A DNA stretch of 32,000 nucleotides, from NCBI GenBank assembly GCA_021789895.1, contig JAJYIU010000005.1:43239-75238 (forward strand), written 5' to 3'. The position numbers were made by a program, and so were the translations under genes. The notes under the pieces are model-generated. The model made no database searches and had not been told where the DNA came from. It saw only the letters and a program-made list of their open reading frames with translations. This document shows, piece after piece, positions 1 to 6,680 of the stretch; position 1 is the stretch's first letter, and every line of letters begins with the position of its first letter. Source of the DNA: Acidobacteriota bacterium (GTDB taxonomy: Bacteria > Acidobacteriota > Terriglobia > Terriglobales > SCQP01).

Positions 1-633
1 CAGGCTGTCGTCGAGCGATTGGAGCAGCGTTTCGGGCGTCAGCCGCCCGGGGCGATCGCCCCAGCAGAATGCGAAGCCGCACCGCTCTCCCGCGCGCAGC
101 CGAAAGCTCCCCGCCAGTGCGCCTTCCCGCAGTTGCAGGCGCTCCGGCGATTGCAGCCAGAGGCCTTGTCCGCAGCGCCAGATGCCGGCATTGTCTTCCC
201 CGGCGCGCCCCGGCAGCCATTCCCATCTCGCCTTCCCGCCATAGCCGGGCGCGGGCGCGCACTGGCATTCGATCTCTCCCTCGCCCTCGATCATTTCCAC
301 CAGGCGGAAGACGGCGCCCTGATCGAGTTGCGGCGGGCTGGGAACGAAGCGGGGCGGCATCCAATCGGTCAACCGCACCCGCATCCCCGGGCGGCGAAAT
401 TCCGTGACCAGCACGTTCGTGCGGGCGCGGTATCGCTGCTTGCCCGGTCCGGTTCCACGCGGATGCAGGCTCCAGGCTCCGCCTTTTTTCGTATCCAGCA
501 GGGCGGCAAATACCGAATCGCTGTCGAAGCGCGGCAGGCATAGCCATACCAGATCGCCGCTGCGGCTGACCAGGCCGGCGGTATGCCCGTCGGCAATCAA
601 GCCTAAATCTGCAATCGTGGGCGAAATGTCCAC
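1..633 (-). CDS. Glycoside hydrolase family 15 / trehalase-like protein, N-terminal part; gene runs off the left edge
   Basis: The reverse-strand frame is fully open from GTG (633-631) to position 1. It reads (M)DISPTIADLGLIADGHTAGLVSRSGDLVWLCLPRFDSDSVFAALLDTKKGGAWSLHP..., the typical N-terminus of GH15/trehalase-like proteins (xIxDyxLIGDxHTAALVSRxGSIDWLCLPRFDS). The supplied ORF track misses it because both ATG and stop are absent. Confidence 0.85.
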   Translation of the reverse strand, partial: MDISPTIADLGLIADGHTAGLVSRSGDLVWLCLPRFDSDSVFAALLDTKKGGAWSLHPRGTGPGKQRYRARTNVLVTEFRRPGMRVRLTDWMPPRFVPSPPQLDQGAVFRLVEMIEGEGEIECQCAPAPGYGGKARWEWLPGRAGEDNAGIWRCGQGLWLQSPERLQLREGALAGSFRLRAGERCGFAFCWGDRPGRLTPETLLQSLDDSL

Positions 634-907
634 TCTGAAATTATGATGAGCGAAAAACGGCGAGGGGACTTGCTGAAAAATTTTTGGGCGGATCGAATTC
701 GCGTTTTTAGGGAACTTCCGTTCAACTTGCGTTGTCTGGTATCCCCAAAAAGCGTTTTTAATCCGCCCATCCATTGGGATACCGCCCGCCGCCCGCGGGT
801 TGCCAACCCTGCCCGGCAGCTTCCGCCTTGTGAAGCCAAGGGGTAATTTTCTCCATTCAACTCATTCCGGCGGGCCGCTCTCCAGCCGCCGATTGTATTC
901 TGCTTCC

Positions 908-1852
908 ATGCGGATCGGTATTGTCACGCCGGCGCCGCCGGGCAGCTTGAAAGGCAATCGCGTCACGGCGCTGCGCTGGGCGCGCCGGCTGCGCGAGCTG
1001 CGCCAACGCGTGGAAATCGTCGAAGACTATTCCGGCGAAGATTACCAATTGCTGATCGGCCTGCATCTCCGCCACAGCGCGGCGGCGGCGCTGCGCTTCC
1101 ACCGCCGGCATCCGCAACGCCCCTTGTTGATGGCCTTGACCGGCACCGATATCTATGGCTGGCGCTTGGTTGCCGGCGCCGGCGGCGTGCTGCGCGCGGC
1201 CAGCGCGCTGATCGCCTTGCAGCCGCTCGCCCGGCGGCGCCTGCCTGCCTGGGCGCGCGCAAAAACCCGCGTCATTTATCAAGCGGCGCCGGCGTACCGC
1301 CGGCTGCCGCCTCGGCGCAACAGCTTCGATATTTGCGTGTTGAGCCACCTGCGCGCAATCAAAGATCCGCTGCTGGCGGCGCAGGCGGCGCGCAGCCTGC
1401 CCGCCGGTTCGCGGGTGCGCATTCTGCACGCCGGAGCGGCGTTGGAGCCTGGCTTGGAAGCAGCCGCGCAGGCGGAAATGCGTCGCAATCCACGCTACCG
1501 CTGGCTGGGGCCGCTGCCGCCGCCGCGCGCCCGCGTGCTGCTGCGCCGCTCGCGCGCGCTGGTCGTCAGCTCGCTTGCCGAAGGCGGCGCCAACGTCGTC
1601 TCCGAAGCCTTGCGCGCGGGCATTCCGGTCCTGGCCACACGGATTGCAGGCAATCTGGGCCTGCTGGGCGGCGATTACGCCGGCTACTTCCCTGCCCGCC
1701 ATCTGCGGCAGCTCGGACGCCTGCTGGCGCGGGTGGAGAGCGAGCCGCAATTCCTCCGCCGCCTGCAGCGGCAGGTCCGCCGCCTGGCTCCGCAATTCAG
1801 CCCGGAACGCGAGCGCCAGGCATGGCAACGCTTATTGCGCGAATGTTCATAA
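908..1852 (+). CDS. senB: Glycosyltransferase of the SenB / TIGR04348 type (selenosugar synthase family, selenoneine pathway)
   Basis: MRIGIVTPAPPGSLKGNRVTALRWARRLRELRQRVEIVEDYSGEDYQLLIGLHLRHSAAAALRFHRRHPQRPLLMALTGTDIY... and ...EGGANVVSEALRAGIPVLATRIAGNLGLLGGDYAGYFP match the family pattern I recall. The internal ATG at 908 is preferred over the 800 start given by the ORF track. Confidence 0.75.
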   Translation: MRIGIVTPAPPGSLKGNRVTALRWARRLRELRQRVEIVEDYSGEDYQLLIGLHLRHSAAAALRFHRRHPQRPLLMALTGTDIYGWRLVAGAGGVLRAASALIALQPLARRRLPAWARAKTRVIYQAAPAYRRLPPRRNSFDICVLSHLRAIKDPLLAAQAARSLPAGSRVRILHAGAALEPGLEAAAQAEMRRNPRYRWLGPLPPPRARVLLRRSRALVVSSLAEGGANVVSEALRAGIPVLATRIAGNLGLLGGDYAGYFPARHLRQLGRLLARVESEPQFLRRLQRQVRRLAPQFSPERERQAWQRLLRECS

Positions 1853-1918
1853 CCATTCGCGCCCTGGGGCAACGCTGCCGCCATGTCCTCAGAACATGCT
1901 TGCGCGCGGCCTTACCGA

Positions 1919-4900
1919 TTAATTCACATTCAGCGTCAGCGCCTGCGATTGGCTAACCGAGCCGGACGTGGCCGTAACCGTCAGCGTATAGCTGCCGGAG
2001 GGCGTGCCGGGCACGGAATTCGATCCGGAACTGCTGCTGCTGCTGCATCCCGCCATTCCGAGCGCGACCAAGGCGATGCCGGTCCAACCCAGGCGGCGCA
2101 GCCAGCCACCGGCTGCGGCCATGCGGCGGCGTCGGCTGGCCAGCAGCAGGCTGAGTGCGCCCGCCAGCCACAATCCCCATTGCGCCGCCAACGGCCAGGG
2201 TAGCCGCGGAGCGCGGGGCGGGGCGATGGGCAAGGCCGTCGGCGCGGTGGTCGCTACGGAAACGGTGGCCTGCACCGCGCTTGCATTATTAATGCTCACC
2301 GATGCCGGGCTGACGCTGCAGGTCGCCTTCGATGGCGCGCCCGAGCAGCTCAGGTTCACCGTGCCGGTAAAGCCGCCCGTCGGCGTGATCGAAAGTACGT
2401 AGGAAGCGGTCTGGCCGGCATTCACCGTGGCGCTGGCGGGCGTGGCTGTAAGCGTGAATGCAGCCGGCGTATTCAGCGCCGGTATGATCCAGGCGCCGCG
2501 GCCGTGAGTGGCGGCGATGACGTAATTGGCGCCGGCCTGGGTGAAGTTCAGTTGCAGAATCGCCGCTGCGGGCAGGCCGCTGCCCAACTGCTGCCATTGT
2601 TCGGTCGCCCCGCCGGCCCCGCCGTCCTGGGTAACGAAGACGCCAACGTCGGTTGCAACGTAGATGTTTTTCGGCGCATTGGGATCGATCAGGATCCAGT
2701 TCAGCGGACTGTCGGGCAGATTGCCGGTGATGTCGGTCCAGGCGGTGCCCGCGTTGGTGCTCATGAAAATGTGTTGCCCGCCGCTGCCCGTTCCTTCATT
2801 AACGCCGAAATCCATCACCCCCACGAAAATGGTTTTCGAATCGGTGGGCGAAATCGCAATCGAGCTGAGCGGGCGCTGGTATTTGGTGGCCACTAGCGGC
2901 AGCGGAGAGGCGACTTGCCAGGTGGGCAGTGTGCCGGTGGCGCAATTGGCGCTGCTGATGCAGGTGGCATTGGTGGTGTAGGCGACCTGGCCATCGTCGG
3001 TGACTGCATACAGCGTCGCGGAATCACTGGGCGCTTGCGCCAGCGCGGTTATGTAATACCCGTTGTTGGCGCAGGTGCCGGTGCCGCTGCCGCCGCTGGT
3101 CAGATCGGGGCTGATCGCCACCCAGCCCTGGCCGTCGCTGCTCGGCATGCTGGGCCCTTCCCAGACCCGGCAGGTGCCGAGGATGATCTGCGTGTTTTCA
3201 TTGGGCAGAATCTGATAGGGAACGTAAAAATCCGCGGCGTCTGTGATGAAATTGTTGTCCACGACTACGTTCGGATTGCCTGCATTGTTATAGAAGCTGT
3301 CGGCGCCGGTCGAAATGTTGATCTGGCCGCCTTGGTCGGAACGGGTCAGCGATACGCCGTTATTCTCGGAGAAATACTGATCGGTCATCACCCCGTTGAC
3401 CGACGCCAGCGTGGTGGCGGAAAAACCGCCATCGCCGAAAAAGTCCGCTGTCCATTGCAGCGGAGACGACGGTGCTTGCGGCGGATTGAACCCGTCGCCG
3501 CTGATGGCGGCGTCGTTATCCTGCGATCCGCCGAAATAAACCCCCGCGGTGACCGGATCGCCGACGACGCTGTAGAACTGGATCGTGCCCAGTCCGGTGT
3601 TGAGGTCGGTCCAGTTCGTGCCGGCATCGCTGGTGCCCCAGATGCCGCCATCGCAGCCGATATACCAGGTGTTCGCATTCACCGCCGCCAGGGCGTGCTG
3701 ATCCGCATGCACGCTGCCGTTTCCGTAGGCATTGGTGAGATCGGTCCAGGTGGTGGTCATGCCATTGACCGTGGTCGCCTGCCAAAGATCGATCCCGCCT
3801 ACGACCAGCGCATTCGAGCCCGGCGGCGCGAAGATTGGCTGATCGTAATCGCCTTGAGGGCCGGCGCCGGCGTCGAATAGCGTTTCGCCGCTGGTGCAGT
3901 TTTGCGCTGTGGTCGAAGTGCAGGTCGGCGCCGTGATGGGCGTCCATGAGCCGCCGTCATTGATGGATTCCACCAGGCCCGTATCGCAGCCGCTGGTCTG
4001 GCCGGCCGCGCAGGCATTGGGAGCCGAAAGCGCCCCATTCGAGTCGGCAATGACGGCAAAAATCGCCCCGGAGCGGGCCGCCATCGAAACGCGATAAAAA
4101 TTATCGTAGGTGCTGCTGTTGATGCCGGGCGGGACTTTTGCGAATGGACTGGCCGTCAGCGCCGTCCAACTGGCGCCCTGGTTGGTGGATTTATAAAACC
4201 CGGCGCCGCGGAATGCGGCCAGATAGGCTTTGGTCGTGGCATCGTAAACCAGATCGGTGCAGGAATAGTTGTTGCCCGAAGTATCGAGCACTTCCTCAAC
4301 CAGCGACCAGGTATCGCCGCCGTCGGTGGAACGGTAAATGCCGCGCACGTAGGGCGTGTTGTAGGCGACCGCGGTGGTCGCCACCGCCGCCAGCAGGATC
4401 TGTGGATTCTGCGGGTCCACCAGGATGCGGGAAAAGCCCGCGCCCATGAATTTTTCCAATCCACCGTCGGCCGAGCTGACCAGCTTCCAGGTGGCGCCGC
4501 CGTCGTGCGATACCAGCAGCCCCATGCCGTAATAACTGTCGCCGGCGTTATCCGGCTCGCCCGTGCCGGCCACGATCGTGGGTTTGCCGGCGACCGTGCT
4601 GCCGGCGGAAGTCAGGGCGATGGCGCCCACGGACAAGGTGGCTTGGCCGTCGGTGAGCGGCTTCCAGGTGGCGCTGGCCGACTGCGCATTGGTGGAGACC
4701 CAGATTCCGCCATAGGCGGCGCCGAGATAAACCGTATTCCCGCTGGCATCGTCGTTCAAATCGACCGCCAGCGCGGTCACGCGCCCGGAAACATTGTTAA
4801 AAAAGTAATCATATTCGGGGCTGGGCCCAAGTTCCGTCCAACTGCCGCCGGTCGGGGAGGGGCCGTATGGCCGCTTCATGCTGGAAATGTGGCGGTTCCA

Positions 4901-5149
4901 ACCGCTGCCCACATAAGGCATACGCCGGGCATGCGCCCAGGCCAGGCGCTGGTGCTCGGCGGCGGGCATCGCATCCAGGCTGCGCCGGCCGCGCATAAAA
5001 AACGCCTGCCGCTGGCTGCGCAGGTCCTGGTCCGGCTTCGGCCGCTTCAAGTTCCCGCTTGGAGTGGATTGCGCCGCCATCGCGCCGAACAGCCCTACTC
5101 CTAATAAAACCCGGGGAACTGCCGAATGAAGCCAGGTGGATCTATTCAT
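1919..5149 (-). CDS. Large secreted BNR/sortilin-like beta-propeller protein with Ig-like domain, C-terminal transmembrane segment and internal lipobox-like motif
   Basis: 1076 aa. Signal peptide MNRSTWLHSAVPRVLLGVGLFGAMAAQS; repeated propeller segments (GAAYGGIWVSTNAQSASATWKPLTDG, YRSTDGGDTW, YKSTNQGASWTAL, FMSTNAGTAWTDITGNLP); an Ig-like segment FTLTATPASATVNAGQTASYVLSITP; then WLAGALSLLLASRRRR. Confidence 0.8.
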   Translation of the reverse strand: MNRSTWLHSAVPRVLLGVGLFGAMAAQSTPSGNLKRPKPDQDLRSQRQAFFMRGRRSLDAMPAAEHQRLAWAHARRMPYVGSGWNRHISSMKRPYGPSPTGGSWTELGPSPEYDYFFNNVSGRVTALAVDLNDDASGNTVYLGAAYGGIWVSTNAQSASATWKPLTDGQATLSVGAIALTSAGSTVAGKPTIVAGTGEPDNAGDSYYGMGLLVSHDGGATWKLVSSADGGLEKFMGAGFSRILVDPQNPQILLAAVATTAVAYNTPYVRGIYRSTDGGDTWSLVEEVLDTSGNNYSCTDLVYDATTKAYLAAFRGAGFYKSTNQGASWTALTASPFAKVPPGINSSTYDNFYRVSMAARSGAIFAVIADSNGALSAPNACAAGQTSGCDTGLVESINDGGSWTPITAPTCTSTTAQNCTSGETLFDAGAGPQGDYDQPIFAPPGSNALVVGGIDLWQATTVNGMTTTWTDLTNAYGNGSVHADQHALAAVNANTWYIGCDGGIWGTSDAGTNWTDLNTGLGTIQFYSVVGDPVTAGVYFGGSQDNDAAISGDGFNPPQAPSSPLQWTADFFGDGGFSATTLASVNGVMTDQYFSENNGVSLTRSDQGGQINISTGADSFYNNAGNPNVVVDNNFITDAADFYVPYQILPNENTQIILGTCRVWEGPSMPSSDGQGWVAISPDLTSGGSGTGTCANNGYYITALAQAPSDSATLYAVTDDGQVAYTTNATCISSANCATGTLPTWQVASPLPLVATKYQRPLSSIAISPTDSKTIFVGVMDFGVNEGTGSGGQHIFMSTNAGTAWTDITGNLPDSPLNWILIDPNAPKNIYVATDVGVFVTQDGGAGGATEQWQQLGSGLPAAAILQLNFTQAGANYVIAATHGRGAWIIPALNTPAAFTLTATPASATVNAGQTASYVLSITPTGGFTGTVNLSCSGAPSKATCSVSPASVSINNASAVQATVSVATTAPTALPIAPPRAPRLPWPLAAQWGLWLAGALSLLLASRRRRMAAAGGWLRRLGWTGIALVALGMAGCSSSSSSGSNSVPGTPSGSYTLTVTATSGSVSQSQALTLNVN

Positions 5150-5370
5150 CGCTTTCCTTTCGAGCCCTCCCGCGAAAAGTCACCTTGAACAGCGCCGCCT
5201 GCATGCCGGCCGCTACTCTGGATGTCTTTACGCTAGCACCACTTGGCGGGCGGGTAAATACAGCTTGGATTTGTGTTCAGCCGGATTCAGCCAAGTCGGG
5301 AAGCACAGCATCTAAGTGAACGTGCCACGGCCGTTTCTGGCCGAAATTATTTTCTGGCACGGGAGGATCT

Positions 5371-5625
5371 ATGTTTCTGATTTGGTGGATCATCGTCGGC
5401 TTGATTGCCGGTTGGGCCACGGGCAAGATCATGCGCGGCGCCGGTTATGGCCCGCTAATGGATATCGTGGTCGGCATCATTGGAGCGGTCATCGGCGGCT
5501 GGATCATGAGCGCTTTGGGCGGCCCTGCCGCCGGCGGCCTGATCTACACTATCCTGGTCGCTATTCTGGGGGGCGTCATATTGACTGTTATTGTCCGCGC
5601 GATTAGCGGCCGGCGAACGGTCTGA
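5371..5625 (+). CDS. GlsB/YeaQ/YmgE family (transglycosylase-associated) small membrane protein
   Basis: 84 aa, MFLIWWIIVGLIAGWATGKIMRGAGYGPLMDIVVGIIGAVIGGWIMSALG; GGGAGG Shine-Dalgarno-like sequence just upstream (cacgggaggatctATG). Confidence 0.88.
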   Translation: MFLIWWIIVGLIAGWATGKIMRGAGYGPLMDIVVGIIGAVIGGWIMSALGGPAAGGLIYTILVAILGGVILTVIVRAISGRRTV

Positions 5626-5659
5626 GCGCGCCCGAACCTAAATCACAGGAGGCATTTCC

Positions 5660-6271
5660 ATGCCTATTGCCTGGCAAGCATCCCTGGCCGAAGCCCGCCG
5701 CCAGGCGGCGCAGATCCATCGCCCGGTCCTGCTCGATATCAGCGCCGCGCCGCGTTGAGGCGGCTGCGTTCAGATGGATACCGGGTCGTATCCACCGCCA
5801 TCCGTCAGCCGCTTCATCGAACAAGAGTTTGTGCCCGCGCGCGTCAACCTGATCAGCGGCGATCCGAGCCAGGCTGCCGGCTTCCACGTCCTTTGGACGC
5901 CTTGTTTTCTGGTCCTCGAAGGCGAGCGTGAATGCTATCGCAATTACGGCTTTCTGCCGGCAGAAGATCTTTCGGCCCTGCTCAGGATTGCCTTGGGAAT
6001 GCGGGCGCTGGGCTTGGGACGCTACGATGAAGCCGCCGCCTGGCACCACGAGGCCGCCGACGGCTTTTCTCAGAGCCCATTCCGCCCCCAGGCCCTCTAT
6101 TGGGAAGGTGTAGCGCGCTATAAGCAGAGCGGGGATTTCACCGCCGCCCGTGACATTTGGGAACGCTTGGCGCGCGAGGCCCCGGCCAGTACCTGGGCCC
6201 GCCGCGCCAGCTTCGCCTTGCGCCCGCACGAAGCCGTCTCCCAAACCGCCACCAATCCCGATAACCAATGA
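5660..6271 (+). CDS. Thioredoxin-like protein with TPR-like C-terminus; candidate selenoprotein with Sec at in-frame TGA 5756-5758 (redox motif UGGC)
   Basis: Consensus AGGAGG precedes ATG 5660. The frame reads MPIAWQASLAEARRQAAQIHRPVLLDISAAPR-[TGA]-GGCVQMDTGSYPPPSVSRFIEQEFVPARVNL...TPCFLVLEGE...YWEGVARYKQSGDF... to the stop at 6269-6271. The ATG and the post-TGA ORF (5774..6271) are in the same frame, so no frameshift is needed. The TGA takes the place of the first Cys of CxxC. Confidence 0.8.
5756..5799 (+). promoter_or_regulatory. Candidate bacterial SECIS element directly downstream of the in-frame TGA
   Basis: TGA (5756-5758), 16-nt spacer, then perfect 7-bp stem TGGATAC (5775-5781) / GTATCCA (5788-5794) with 6-nt loop CGGGTC (5782-5787). 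A second helix is possible: GGCGG (5759-5763) with CCGCC (5795-5799). The loop begins 23 nt after the TGA and has G at its second position. Confidence 0.7.
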
Positions 6272-6552
6272 CCCTGGCTGCCTTCTTCGTGCTCCTGGTG
6301 ATTGCCGGAGTCTGCGGCGCCCTGGGCGCCGGATTGGGCGGCTATTCCCACGCCGGCTGCCTGGGATCCATCCTGCTGGGTTTTATCGGCGCCGTGCTCG
6401 GCTCGTGGCTGGCCACGACCCTGCGCTTGCCGGCGGTGCTGGTGGTCGCCGTCGGCGGCGTGCCGTTTCCCGTCTTTTGGGCGGTGGTCGGCGCAGCGCT
6501 GTTCGTCTTCGCGCTGGGCCTGCTGCGCATCGGCGCCGCGCGCCGTAGTTGA
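6268..6552 (+). CDS. Small GlsB/YeaQ-like multi-pass membrane protein
   Basis: 94 aa, MTLAAFFVLLVIAGVCGALGAGLGGYSHAGCLGSILLGFIGAVLGSWLATTLRLPAVLVVAVGGVPFPVFWAVVGAALFVFALGLL; start overlaps the upstream stop (ATGA). Confidence 0.8.
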   Translation: MTLAAFFVLLVIAGVCGALGAGLGGYSHAGCLGSILLGFIGAVLGSWLATTLRLPAVLVVAVGGVPFPVFWAVVGAALFVFALGLLRIGAARRS

Positions 6553-6598
6553 TGCGCTGCTGGCCCTCCGGGCGTCGGCAAGCATTGTCAAAATGTCT

Positions 6599-6632
6599 CC
6601 GCCCACCCTACGTTTCAAAGTAGGGCGGGCGG
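6599..6632 (-). terminator. Hairpin between convergent genes, possible terminator of the OmpA-family gene
   Basis: CCGCCCACCCTAC (6599-6611) pairs with GTAGGGCGGGCGG (6620-6632) with one A.C mismatch and an 8-nt loop. On the minus strand it is followed by GGAGACATTTTGAC, a weak T-run. Confidence 0.45.
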
Positions 6633-6680
6633 ATCTGCTTGCCGGCGAGCCTTCCGTTCTTAGTTCTCTATTGTCCCTCG

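Noticed and set aside
603-860. 85-aa minus-strand ORF in the gap between the GH15 and senB-like genes
   Set aside because: No recognisable motif; it is in a different frame from the GH15 gene and overlaps its start region.
5774-6271. The thioredoxin-like ORF taken as starting at ATG 5774
   Set aside because: That start lacks a clear Shine-Dalgarno and removes the conserved N-terminal strand and active-site motif. The upstream in-frame ATG 5660 has AGGAGG. A simple frameshift is excluded because both halves are in the same frame. A nonsense mutation or base-call error stays possible and is listed as a refuting outcome.
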